From positions 95,108,001-95,172,000 of the forward strand of contig OZ286463.1 in the NCBI GenBank assembly GCA_965644265.1: a DNA stretch of 64,000 bases. Direction: 5' to 3'. The notes under the pieces were generated by a model that saw only the letters and a program-made list of their open reading frames with translations, had not been told where the DNA came from and made no database searches. Position numbers and translations under genes: made by a program. The stretch comes from Glycera tridactyla (Eukaryota). Positions 38,528 to 51,515 of this stretch are shown here, piece after piece (the first letter of the stretch is position 1; every line of letters begins with the position of its first letter).

Positions 38528-38656
38528 CAGTGGAACCTATCGATGTTATGACTACCATGAAACCTTTGGTGAGAGATCTCCTGGTAGAGGAGACCACCTC
38601 TGATGGGAGACCACACATTGATGACATTCAGGGCTGTCTCTTGGCAAAGGTTTCAA
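38528..38656. mobile_element. Tc1/pogo-type MITE fragments
   Basis: ta|CAGTGGAACCT, GAGACCAC repeats, and AAAGGTTTCA at the right end. Confidence 0.6.
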
Positions 38657-38750
38657 TATCAGCCCCCAGATTTCTGTCACCGTGTCAGTAGCACACCTGT
38701 TTTCTCACCTACCTACTGGCATTCCCGGAGTTCCTGGCAGGCATAGTTAC

Positions 38751-38840
38751 CCTCCAGGGTGCAGATATGTGAAACATGCCCCAAACATGCTTCACATTCC
38801 TCACTACACCACATCCCACTAACAGGTGAAATATGTCAAC
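38751..38840 (-). CDS. Candidate upstream exon of the same unidentified gene
   Basis: Acceptor gccattccacag, donor AGG|gtaact. 90 nt, phase 0/0: VDIFHLLVGCGVVRNVKHVWGMFHISAPWR. Confidence 0.3.
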
Positions 38841-38890
38841 CTGTGGAATGGCATTGACTATTAGGTATATTGCTTGAAAAAATTGATGGT

Positions 38891-38962
38891 AATTATTATT
38901 ATTATTATTATTATTATCATTATTATTAATAATATTATTATTATTGTCATCATCATCATCAA
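38891..38962. repeat. (ATT)n/(CAT)n microsatellite
   Basis: Direct reading of the sequence. Confidence 0.9.
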
Positions 38963-39072
38963 TATTGATACAATGCTTCCTATCTCCCAACCCTTTCCAC
39001 CAGAAAGCTGAATATCTGGCATATTTGCACATTCTTATTTCAAGAAATAGTCTGTGAGTTTCACAAGCCAAT

Positions 39073-39251
39073 CAGTGAAACCTGGCTTGGGAGACCCCTC
39101 TTTTGGCAGACTACCCCTCTAATGGGAGACCGCTCTTTACCGGCTCTTCACTATTTGACATAGTCAAATATACCTCAAATGAGAGACCAACTGTCTTGAG
39201 AGACCACTTTTCATTGGCGTTTGGGGTGGTCTCCGAAGACAGGTTTTACTG
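39073..39251. mobile_element. Tc1/pogo-type MITE, young 178-bp subfamily, copy 2 (more diverged)
   Basis: CAGTGAAACCTGGCTTGGGAGACC ... GACAGGTTTTACTG|ta, collinear with 37787-37964. Confidence 0.92.
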
Positions 39252-39736
39252 TACAATAGCTCGCCTCGATATATCATGCCAATTGCTCACTTCTAAGACA
39301 GATACTATGTATCTTGGATAGATATCTCACCACTTGCCTTCATGACATGACTCTCTAAAATATTCATTTATTTTGAACTTGAAACAAAGAAAATTACTGA
39401 AAAATAATATACAATGGGAATGACTATGGTTTTTCAATAAGTGTCATTTATACTCATAATCTTCGGCTTTTGATATCCTCATATAGGCAGCGCCCCCCCC
39501 CCCCTCCCACACACACACCACCACCACCACCCAACCTTCATAGGTTTCTACAGCTAATACATATGATTACTTTTTGCGAGAGTTGAAATTTCAGAAGATA
39601 TTAACTTTCCTGGAGAAGACTGAGTAGATGGATTCTAAAGTTGGTCTTGGATTTTGATCAAGTAATTCCTCTGATAATCTGCATGAAGGGAGACTGTGCT
39701 GGGGTGCCACTAATCACCCTGGTGGCTGGCGGGAAG

Positions 39737-39881
39737 ATGAGAGCGGTAACCGGTGACCGGGGAACCCTGACTTCTATTGACGAGGAGCGGCAAGATGCGA
39801 CATCTACAGCTTGCATCCCGCCATCAAGGAAGGCACCAGTCCAGAACATCGGATACATCTCCCGCAATAGGGTCCTCACAG
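39737..39881 (+). CDS. Candidate exon of an unidentified gene
   Basis: GC-richer open frame MRAVTGDRGTLTSIDEERQDATSTACIPPSRKAPVQNIGYISRNRVLT ending at a consensus donor CAG|gtaagt. No homology recognised. Confidence 0.3.
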
Positions 39882-42424
39882 GTAAGTGAGAGTGAAATTT
39901 CCTGACATTTTACTGATTCTATCCTCATGAAATTTCTATTTTGACTTTATGCAATTTCATTATTGAAGAGATTTTTTTCCCCTCAGCCACTCTATATAGG
40001 GTATCATAAGGTATCATAAGGTAATACCAGAATGACGATCATAAACTCAGAAAGATTTCTGTGATTGATAAAAATGAATGTAACTGTCTATTAAGTGCAA
40101 TGTAAACTCATATTCTGTATCCAATAGATTACAAAACCTGAAGTAGCTTTCAATATCAGAATAATGTTGGAGAATGTTTTGTTTGATTCATTTTGTAAAT
40201 ACTGGGACATGGCATTTGTTGACAGTTGCTGGATGCTGGACAGTACGGATAATAATCGAGGAGTTTCGAGGACGGCTCACTCGAGGACTAAGTACATATC
40301 AATTATGAGTCACGTGTCACACGGCCGGGTGGCCGCCGATCATCTCAAAAGATTTAATGGTGCTTAAACGCTGTAAAAGCATGAATATACTTCAGCTCCA
40401 ATCAACTGTAATTGAGGAGAATGCGCATGTGTTTTGTCCTCGAAAGATCTGGGCGCCAGTTGTTTGACGATTCGCGGCCGATTGCGTACTGACCGTGTGT
40501 TGATTTCCCGCGAATTGATTCTCCGCTGGACCGTAGCATGGTGGGGATACTGCGGTGGCAATACTGGCGATACTGGCCAAGCCCGAACCAGATGGCACGA
40601 CCAGTGTCATAGATGTGGCAGGAATGTACGCGAAGGTAATGAACAGAAAAATTGTTTGGCACAGATAGCTGTTGATGATACACGAGATAAATGAAATGGA
40701 TTTCGATGTGCAAAACATGCCAACTTAACTACGGAATTTCTCTGTCTTGATGTACTGATTTCATGGGTCATTAGACAGCACTTCCCATTGTAGAATAAAG
40801 TAGATCCCACTCAAGTCCAATGACGTCAGACAGATGGTGATGATTGTCAAGGATCGAATCATACCTTATGAAATTTCACATTTATTTTCAAAGATTTATC
40901 CCAGATACCACTTTTCTATCCTACCAGGAGCAGTCACATGTAGTAGTGCACAAGTACTAGAGAGAAAGAAAATCTATCAAGCAAACTTTACAAAAGTACT
41001 GAATTCTCCATGAATTATGTGAAAAATGTGATATCGAATAAATGATGGTTCCAAGCCCTCGTTGTTTATAAGAAAAACTTTGGTTAAAATCTTGTATCAT
41101 GAGGAGTATGCACCACAATAGATTGTCAAATGATTCCAGATCATGAAGAATTGATGAAGTTCTGTGCCAGTAATAATATGACATGTCACATCAGGATGGT
41201 GGGAGATGGCTATGGTGATGAGGCAGGGAGAAAGGATCCAAAATCTCCTTGTGAGATTACTGCTTTTTTCGGTAAATGAAATGACAAATAATTAAGTAAA
41301 AAGGGAGAGGTGAAGCCAGTGACACTTGTTTTGTGAGGCGGAAAATATTCGCTAAATCGCACCTGAAAGGTGAAGACAATACACAAGCGAGATGGGCGTC
41401 ACTGAAATGAACAAGTTGTGCCCACAACACGCTTGCCAGTGGGACCCCATTGTTGATTAATTATATGCTTCTCATCCGAGATTCATAACAAACAATAGCC
41501 CAATGATGTGCATCGAGTCCGATTCCTTATCGCTGCCCAGTTTTTACGTCCAGTGCGTCCTCTGAAAGGCATAAGCCTAATTGATTTCCACCAGCATATC
41601 CTCCCCTCCCTGACATTTATAATAATTCTGATCTTTCTGACAAACTTCTGTACTATAGCTGTCACGATACTGGCATGTAGTGTCCATGCTAAATCAACCA
41701 GATTTGATTTCATTTGTTCATGTATGTCATCCCCACCATTCCATTGCTCATCATGACAAAAACCTTTTTCACATGGGATGTTCATTAGCTGATGAAATAT
41801 TGATGTTGAGGTAGAGTCAGGAAGGGATATGCATTGACCATCCAAAGGAATAAAATATAATGAACCTAAACATTATTTTCATATTATGTAGATTTCATGC
41901 TCCCTGTTTACAGTAAACTGCAGATCTATGATCACATTTTGTGGTATTAAATGATGATTTATATTGAGACCTAAATATTCTAACTCATAACATTGACTAA
42001 ATCATCCCTCATGATTAATGAGGTAGTATGACAAATCCAAATCTGGCAATTACATAGTGCCAGTTTTCCTTTGCCATTTTGCATCAGATTAATATCTTGT
42101 TGGAAAGTGTAGCTCCTACAGAACTTAAAGGGATCCTTGAACAAAGATGCCAAGGCTATGAAGTGAAATTATCAGAAAGATTCTTGAATTTTCCAAAAAG
42201 AACGCCCACATATCCACGAGAGAATTTGTCCCAAATCTTACAACCAGATTGCAGCAGCTTCTGATTTTTTAAATTTCATGCAACTTTTTGAATTCTGAAA
42301 TTTCAGAGTGAATCAATACCTCGATTGCAGCAGCTGTTATGAATGGTTACCCATTACAAAATATTTGGGTAGGTCATGGTGAACACATAGCACATGGCTG
42401 TAAACTTAAAGTGTCTATTTTACT

Positions 42425-42570
42425 AGAGTGAAACCTGCTGAGAGATCACCTCTGACAGGAGACCACTTCTGCAGGGCAGCTTTTCTAAATGACAAAGTCG
42501 AATACAATGTACATCTTGGACAAAGGACCACCTCCTTTGAGCAACCACAAACAAGAGGACTGACCTGAAA
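42425..42570. mobile_element. Tc1/pogo-type MITE, degraded
   Basis: ta|GAGTGAAACCTGCTGAGAGATCACC..., with GAGACCAC repeats. Confidence 0.65.
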
Positions 42571-44776
42571 AATTCCTAGGATGTGTGTCATACAAATCAT
42601 CAAGCATATCTGATTCAAAACACACTATACATTATCTGCATTGTGATTTATTTCCTCCATGCACTTTAAAAATGCATACTTGAAGTTTGTGAACTTTGAA
42701 ATAGCCCGTAGGAAGAGGCTGGGTCATTTAGGCACATGAATAAAGTACCCATTAGGCTGACACAAAGGGCATGGCATACGGCACATGTCAATGTCGCCAT
42801 CATATAATTGCCCTATACATCAGCTGGGATGCTGAGGGAGATGAAAGGTGGGCCGGGGATGCTGAATGCCGGGAATTATTGATGACATAACACCTGAACA
42901 TATTTCATGAGCTACAATCAGCCTCACAATCAGATCAAAAAAACCCACGAGTGATGTTGCCTCATTTAACATAACAAGGTGTGATTGGATAATAACTGGA
43001 TAATGTTCGACAATTGCCCAACTTGCAAGTGGTATTTCCTCACATATTAACGCCATTGGGAAGATCAGTAGGATCCATGACTATACCACGGAGCAATTAT
43101 ATCCATGATGACTATTCATTCTTCAGCAAAATTACATGATCACTTGCATACATCAGGATTGACAAGCCAATCTTCTTATTCAATTCCAAGGTGTGACCTT
43201 CAAGTTCAATTTCAATCACAATATGTATCTGTAAAATCCAAGGGCTTTATACAAATTTAAAATACCATAATGAATTGATAAAGCATTCAATCACTGATTC
43301 TACATTCTCTTTAATGGGAAAAAAACAAACATGAAATAACCAACACATGAAATAATTTGATTTCAAAATTACCAAGGTCACTTCTCTTTTGTGTATTTCT
43401 ATTGTCACAACAATTTTCTTATTTTATCCCCCATTGTCGGTATGTCATTATTTTGTGATACATTCTAAAGCAATTAAAACAATCTAGTCAACATATGTCT
43501 GTTTTAGCCAAGTTTCATTGTAGGATAGCTACTACTTGTAGATGGGATTCACAAAATGGAATCCGCAAGATGCAATTTAATGAACATCATATCAATGCTT
43601 ATCAGTCAGCCGCTACTTTTTTCATGAAGGAGTAGTACATATGTCCTTTCATGCTTGTCTGATGTCCATTGCTCACTGTGAAGGTTGCTTTTATCTTTGA
43701 AAACCCACTAAAATCATGTGTTATTACAAGTCTCCATGTTGGCCAAAACATATTTTTGGTAGCCATTGCCAAATGTCAGTAGCCACTCAATACATTGTCA
43801 AGTACAACCTCTCAAAATTTTAGAGGACGTTGTAGAAATTTTTAAAAGATAGATATTGGTTTATTTCACCTCAAAATGTACAATACAATCAGTTGCAGAG
43901 AACAATTACAGTAAAAATACAATAAATGCATGGTAGCTAGAGGGTAAATTTGGCTATTGGCTACCCACTGGTAGCAATGGTAGGGCCCTGTAGAGCCCTG
44001 TATTATGAGGCTGAATAGTGATTCACACACACAAAATTAAGGGCATTTATTCTGATATACCACAAATTCACCAGAATGACAAGATGAATGGTTGTTTGAG
44101 GTCGCGGTCAGGATGAACAGTTGGTCAGTAATATTCTAATATTCCGCTCACGATACCATCCACTTATTATCTTCCAATCAAAGCATCACACGCCCACAAT
44201 TATCAACATCACTAAATTACTTTTTGAGCGCTGATCGCAGACTAAGTGTCCGAGCCTGTCTGCCATCCCCGTGTGAGGTCTTTGAGAGTGGGTCAGAGGT
44301 CACGAGTATCAAATGTGACGTCCACTTTAATCTCGACTACCTGGACAGCCCAGCGCCACGTGCAGTTCGCATGCCCGTCCAAATTCATCACCTTTGTTTG
44401 CGGAAAACGTCACCAACGCCAACTTCACAGATGACCAACCACCATCAGGTCCTTTGATAATGTAATTTCCGAAAGTACGAATATCACCTAGTAACTTGAT
44501 TTATATCTCACCAGAATAATTCACTTAACTGAGGCTCCTGCTTTTAACAGAAACCATATACTGTTGACCAACTCATAAAACAATGAGAAAGGCATAATCA
44601 TACTGTTGCAAATCCATATCTCAAATTTCAGTGCATATTTTGGGATGCAAAAGTTTTGGAATAGGAAATCGCGCTGCTACTTCAGTAGAAATGTTTAATG
44701 TGCAATGCATATTGTACAGTGTACACTTGATTAAGATCTGCATGTAAAATCATGGAAATACATGGAGAATAACTGG

Positions 44777-44992
44777 CAGGGATTTTCTTGCTCGGGAATA
44801 TGCATGGGTCTTCCGGGCACATTGATGCAGATTTCATGTGCCATTTCGTATTTGTGTGTGCCTCGCACTATGTAATCATATCAAAGTATGGAAACTTCTA
44901 TGTGCCTTCAGGGCACAAGATATATGGTTCAATGTGCCCTTTCACAACTTTATGTGCCATTTGTCACAGGGTACCGAGTAAAAATATCCCTG
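44777..44992. mobile_element. 216-bp MITE with 6-bp TSD, copy 1
   Basis: aactgg|CAGGGATTTT ... AAAATATCCCTG|aactgg. Confidence 0.92.
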
Positions 44993-45052
44993 AACTGGTA
45001 TATACAAAACAGGAATAACATTGCAATTATCAAAATATCTTATGTAATTCAG

Positions 45053-46753
45053 AACAAGGCCACAGAGGGGCAATATACCCCGCACACGGGAGCACAGTGG
45101 GTAACCCATATCGCACACTGGAGCACAGTGGGTAACCCATATCGGAAAAGGTCATTGAGATGTTTGGTTGGCTATGTAATAAGTTACTGGATCACTGTGT
45201 AGAATAAGACAATCTAATAGTAGCACCTGAAACCTTCACCTTGACCTATGACTTAGGGTCACACGCATTGTAAGGGAGATGTTGTATTATTGCTTGATTA
45301 TCCCAGATCAGTTTGATCTTTATCCAACAATGCTAGCCTGAGTTATTGTGTGAGATGCGGAAATTTAAAAATAGCTCCTATGGCCTTGACCTTTGACGCA
45401 GGGTCACATGCATCAAATGTGAGATATGTCACCATTGGGTCTTTACGTTGTGAAACTTCGGTGCATATCGATCAATGCAAGCTTGAGCTGGAGTGTGAAA
45501 TGAGAAAATTTATGAATAGTCCTGTGACCTTGACCTTTGTCCTAGGGTCACATGCATCTAGAGAGACGTGGCCTATCATTGGGTCATTACCTTGTGTAAG
45601 TTTGGTGCATATCCATCGAGGCTAGCTTGAGTTAGAGTGTAAAATAAGAAAATCTATAAATATCTCCTGTGACCTTGACCTTTGACCCAGGGTCACATGC
45701 ATTGAAAGAGAGGTGGCCTATCATTAGGTCATTACATCGTGTAAGTTTGGTGCATATCCATCAGAGCAAGCTTGAGTAAGAGTGTAAAATGGTGAATCTA
45801 TAAATAGCTCCTGTGACCTCGACCTTTGACCTAAGGTCACATGCATCGAAAAGGAGGTGGCCTACCATTGAGTCATTACATTGAGTAAGTTTGATGCATA
45901 TCCATCAGAGGTCACTTGAGTTAGAGTGTAAAATAAGAAAATCTATAAATAGCCTCTGTGACCTTGACCTCTGACCTGGGGTCACATGCATCGAAAGGGA
46001 GGTGGCCGACCATTAGGTCATTACATTGAGTGAGTTTGGTGCATATCCATCAGAGGTCGCTTGAGTTAGAGTGTAAAATGGGAAAATCTATAAATAGCTC
46101 CTGTGACCTTGACCTTTGACCTGGGGTCACATGCATCGAAAGGGAGGTGGCCTACCATTAGGTTATTACTTTGTGTGAGGTTGGTGCATATCCATCAAAG
46201 CTCGCTTGAGTTAGAGCGTAAAATGGGAAAATCTATAAATAGCTGCTGTGACCTTGACCTTCGACCTGGGGTCACATGCATCGGAAGGGAGGTGGCCCAC
46301 CATTAGGTCATTACTTTGTGTGAGGTTGGTGCATATCCATCAAAGCTCGCTCGAGTTAGAGCGTAAAGTGGGAAAATCTATAAATAGCTCCTGTGACCTT
46401 GACCTTTGACCTAGGGTCACACGCATCGAAAGGGAGGTGGCCCAACATTGGGTCATTACCTTGTGTAAGTTTGGTGCATATCCATTGAGGCTAACTTGAG
46501 TTAGAGTGTAAAATAAGAAAATCTATAAATAGCTCCTGTGACCTTGACCTTCGACCTTCAGGTACGAAAATCAAATTCTCGAATACAATTTTTACATAGA
46601 TCACAGTTATGAAGTTTTATGAAAATTGGACCAGCCAATTCAAAGTTATTGCATGAAATGTGAGCGGACGGACGGACAGACGGACGGACGTACTTACGGA
46701 CGCCGGAGGTGAAACTATAATACCCCGCTTTTTCAAGAGCGGGGTATAAAAAT
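45053..46753 (+). mobile_element. Non-autonomous Helentron-type element (HINE/DINE-1/pearl-like) with internal tandem array
   Basis: 5' AACAAG start, subterminal TATACCCCGC (45074-45083), central ~145-bp repeats, (ACGG)n microsatellite near 46665-46700, and a 3' hairpin ATACCCCGCT-8nt-AGCGGGGTAT (46720-46747) followed by AAAAAT. Confidence 0.88.
45230..46560 (+). repeat. Tandem array of ~145-bp units (about 9 units plus a partial)
   Basis: The CTCCTGTGACCTTGACC anchor recurs near 45375, 45520, 45664, 45808, 45953, 46098, 46243, 46388 and 46533. Confidence 0.97.
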
Positions 46754-47138
46754 GCAAAATGGTCATTTGTCTTTAGAGTGGAATCTCAAATGTGCAAGGA
46801 TGCCACTGGAATAACTCAACATTTCTCAAAATGCAGACAAAATAGCTTCATATAAGTTATCACAACCTGATTTCGCATTCAAAGCCAGATTTCTGAAGCT
46901 TCAGATTTCAACTTTCCCCTAAAATGGTTCTTCAAAACTGATAAGAAATATTCCACAAATCATGTACATGATCTAATGGGGTGTGTGTTGAAAAATATGG
47001 GGGATGGGGAAACTGGACATAAATAAGAGCCCGGGGACACAGACCCATGAGTGGGCTCGCTAATTAATTCCAAATAAATGCTCACAGCACATGTTTTTTT
47101 CTCTGGTGCCCAATTTGATTTAGAGCTACAGCAGTGTC

Positions 47139-47420
47139 CAGGCATTGTGAAAGGCCGTGATAAAGGCCCGATATGACACGCTCAGGAGACCGGCGGGCCG
47201 AGGACCGGGAATCTCTACAGGGGATAATATAACGGGGAGGCGGCACCACCCACAAGGCGTCTGCCCTGCGGTCTCAACTCGCCGGGGAAAGTGGCAGTCG
47301 CGGCCGAATTGGCCGCCCAAATATTGCGTTTGTTACATGATTCATGAGGTGGCACCACTGATGTTTTGTGAATGAGAACAATAGAAATGACGGATATTAC
47401 AAAGCTTTCACTCACATTAC
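47139..47420. mobile_element. Possible degraded TIR element (CpG-rich interior)
   Basis: CAGGCATTGTGAAAG at left versus CTTTCACTCACATTACCTG at right. Imperfect match, no TSD. Confidence 0.3.
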
Positions 47421-48840
47421 CTGCTCTTCTTCATCCCTCTATCTATACATGTCTTGATCTCAGGGGCAGGAAGACACAATCCCTGGATGACAAGGTCACA
47501 TCTGCCATCCCTTGTAATATCCAAAAGTTGGTCGAAGCAATATTTTCCAAGCCAATAAAATCTGTGCTAAAAATTGGCATTTGATACTCCATCTTCACTT
47601 GACAAATTTTCAGGTTCATTATTTAAGGCCAGAATTTTATTCACTGTGCCAAAACAAAAATCAACTTACGAGAGATTTCATAAAATTTAGCAAAATCTAT
47701 GGCAATGTCAATAGGGAAAATCTGACAGATTTGAAGAATTCTGCAATTTCTGTGATGTTTGAGGGTTGGGATGATCAGATTTTTTCATTTCTGCAAGGCT
47801 TATTCAGCAAAAAATTCAATATCATGTCATGTCCCATGACTGTAAATAGAAGTCAAGTGTTTTCCAGCAAGAAACTCTCCCAATTCTTTCATGAGACCAT
47901 ATCCCACATATATCAAATCAGATAACGATAATGAAAAGTATAATGGGATCCATGTTTTTGTTTCTGAAAAATATTCCTGAGAAACATAATTCCCCAGCCC
48001 TGAATCTTACATGTAAATTTTCACCATCCGTCTGGGACCCAGAAGGAGTCTCCAATAATCTCACCCATGCACATTGCATGGGCATCTCAATATAGCCAAG
48101 CTGGTGCTCACAGGACATAAATCAATCAACCATTGAACAGTACATGATTACTCGATCAATTAGATAAAATATTAGATTGAAATTGCCCTTCAAGGTTGAG
48201 CACTGATTGTAGGCGTCATTGTGCTAATTGTGATTTGATGGTTTCAGTCCCAATTCCATTTTGCAGAGAAGAGAAATAAATCAACAAAGCCAAATTGTCA
48301 CAATGATTTGTAAGTCTGGCAGGCATGATCCTCTGTCCCATATTTCATGTGGTATATGCCAGATTCAGCGGTGATATTTCCCCAATTAGGGTTTCAGCAA
48401 ATAAGCATGCCTCCTAGCAGTCATTAGATGAACTAGAGTAATCGTCTCTGACTCCTCCATGGCACACGTCATCACCCGAGGCAGTGACAAACTATCCGGA
48501 TCTACCAAAGACGGGTCATAAATCCCAGAAAAAAACCTTTCACTTGTCATGACTGGAGACACTTCGTTATAGGCATTAACGTTTTTTGCTATTTCTATAG
48601 CAACAACAATTCTGCATTATCACAGTTCTTGAAGATAGAAAAACTAATTGAAAGGATAATAAAGTGATGGGATCTCACTTTTATTTAATGAGATTCACTA
48701 TGTATCCTCAATTGATGTATTTTTCACCTACTTTTTATTGATTCATCAAGGTATTTCACGATATTTTGACCTCTCCTAGCAGTCTTGGTCGCATGATGGA
48801 TGGCTGGCTTTGTATATTGTTCTTGGAGTGTTAAACAATA

Positions 48841-49016
48841 AAGTGAAACCTGCAACGGGAGACCACCCTAAATGTCACTTACATGTGTTCTCTCAAAAAA
48901 GGTGGTCTCTCGTCGGTGGTATATTTGACTATTTCAAATAGAAAAGCTGCCCTGAAAAAGTGGCCTCTCATCAGAGATGGTCTCTTATCGGAAGTCTCTC
49001 GTTGCAGGTTTCAATG
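48841..49016. mobile_element. Tc1/pogo-type MITE, GAGACC subfamily
   Basis: AGTGAAACCTGCAACGGGAGACCACCCTAAATGTCAC ... TGCAGGTTTCAATG|ta. Confidence 0.85.
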
Positions 49017-50557
49017 TATACTACATACATGTTTGCCTTTCTATCAAGAGAAGGATGATATGTTCATGGAATTTCCATGGTCCAACTTTTTTATGCTACC
49101 AAAGATGCCATGACCTCAGATAAACTTGAGTCTTCTGTACCGTATGCCAACATACAATCAACATGTATTTGGAATGATAAGTTAGTTGTTATAATTTTCA
49201 AAGATATTTGTGAATTCATATTTTAGAAAAATCATAGAACAAGAGAACTGGTGATTTTTTGAATGAAATTAAAGATGGGGTATATTTCATAGCTGGCAGG
49301 GATATTTCTTGGCAAAATATATAATTAAATCTTTTCAACTCGAAACAATACAGAATCTCAAGATCAAAGTCCTTGAAATATCACAGGATTGGCAGACATT
49401 TTAATTCGTTTCATAGATCAACTGGCATCACTGCATATTTTACTGAATTCGGTAGTTTTTTCTCAAAAATTTGTACTTTTTGTGCAGAAAATAGAAAATA
49501 TAATATTCTTGATATTGATAACATATAATTTACCTCCATGTCAGATGCCAAGTTTTGGTTTCACATCTGACTGCTCTCTCAAAACATGGATGGATGATGG
49601 GGGGGGGGGGGGGGGTTGTTAGTGAGCAGGTGTCAGGTGTTACAAGTCCACAGGGAATCAGCAGGGGCAGGGGAGGGGAGGTGGTCACACAGTAGGGGTG
49701 GTCACATGCCACAAGTAGCAGCATGCCTCTTGACTTTTACTTTCCCAAATCTGAAAGATGTCAACATGATGAGCTACCCAAGTTTTGTATTTTAAAATGT
49801 GGTTCACTGAAGTAGTTTTAAAAGTCAGCCCAGTTGAGAAATAACAAGATCAGCAGGAAATCAAAATGATGGGGAAGACCATAAATGGTAACACTTTATC
49901 AAAGGCCTACCAAATTTAGGGATACATGCATCAGGGTTTGACTGACATGACCTCCATGATTTAACTTATTTCACACCAGAATTTGACTGATATGATCCAA
50001 GTAGTTTCCGTGGGGGATAAAGTCGATTCTGTCTACAATGTCCATCATTGAAAACAAGTGTCCTTTGCAAAGAATACAGAATACAGAATACAGAAATATT
50101 TATTGTGCTAGATCAATATACAATATTTACAGTGGACCCAACCCATACGATTATTACATCAGAAATCATCAAGCTACAGCTAATACATACAGATCAAGTA
50201 ATGTACATAGTCTCATCAGATCAATGTATCTTTAGTCAGGAGATCCGAAGATCAGTTGTACCACTACATGAAGTCCGACAATCAAAACCCTAATGTTCAG
50301 GTTGAGGTTGAGGCTGAGACAAAGAGGTTATTTATTGTAGAAAATATTATCACAGTGCCGACTCAATGACAACAAGTGGCTTTTTTATAGAGGTGATACA
50401 ACTGCAAATGTATTCAGAAACAGGGAGGAGGTCACATTCCCCACTTTCTGTTGAAAGCCATAATATCTGCGGGACAAGTATGGTCTGATATGATGACTGG
50501 CAGGAGGTAGCAGACCCCCAACTGGTTTACTTTTACTCACTTTTCACTTCACATCAG

Positions 50558-50773
50558 CAGGAATCTGGTGAAGACAAGAGCACCCCACCTGGTTCTCATG
50601 CCTCACCACACAACAACCACATGCAAACCAATCTGCGCAGATCTCCCGAGATGATCGATCCCAGTGGGGAGGGGTTGGATCGAGAACCCCTACCTGCAGG
50701 CTGCTGCCACCCTACCTATAGGGGCACGCACCCTCCTAATGAGCTGGGAACTGCCCTAATTACCCCTAATTAG
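50558..50773 (+). CDS. Candidate terminal exon of an unidentified gene
   Basis: Strong pyrimidine tract with a NAGNAG acceptor (ttttcacttcacatcagcag), then 71 open codons QESGEDKSTPPGSHASPHNNHMQTN...TALITPN*. Confidence 0.3.
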   Translation, partial: QESGEDKSTPPGSHASPHNNHMQTNLRRSPEMIDPSGEGLDREPLPAGCCHPTYRGTHPPNELGTALITPN

Positions 50774-51428
50774 GGTTCTTAATGGTCATTCAATTGTCTC
50801 TGCTCACAACTGCATTCCAAGCACGTCAATAGAAAGTTTAACTCTCACTCCACAAATCATGACAACATCTCCACTGGAGACACAGATTTTTCTATATTCA
50901 TTCCACATAGTGTCCTATCAAAGTAGACAAAAACAGGGTAAACATGGAAAAAATCCCCAGATGTAATCCAATCATAGAGTATCCAATAACTTCCATATCT
51001 ATCATAAAAGTCTTGAGAGTTCTTCATAATTCAATCAATTCTACGAAGCTAAAATAAGGATATTATAAATCATGATTATTCACACATGATACTGGCTCCT
51101 TGAAGAAAATGATAATTTCTGTGATAAGACATATTGCACATGCATTATATTACAAAAACATTCAATTTTGAAGAGAAGTGTAATTTATCTTATACTGACT
51201 AATCCCTCTAAGATTCTGATCCATTAAATGAGTCAATTACCTGTTCAGTTAAGGCAAACAAGAATTTAATTAGGACCAATTATCCACACATTTAGGTGCT
51301 GGTTACCTCACTGGAATCACAGACTTCCTATAATGCACTGACTAATGACTGTTTATCAGTCCAATATGCTCAAATGACGAGCTTTTATAAAAAGACCACC
51401 TGCCTACAAATGCTACTCTAAGCTGTGA

Positions 51429-51515
51429 CAACAACAACAACAACAACAATAATAACAATAATAACAACAAAAACAATAACCTACTTATCCACATCAATCA
51501 GTCAATCAATCAATC
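51429..51515. repeat. (AAC)n/(AAT)n and (TCAA)n microsatellites
   Basis: Direct reading of the sequence. Confidence 0.9.

Noticed and set aside
45230-46560. Regular repeat array superficially like CRISPR or a repeat-protein gene
   Set aside because: The units are contiguous homologous 145-mers with no unique spacers, no cas genes and no sustained ORF, in a eukaryotic context.
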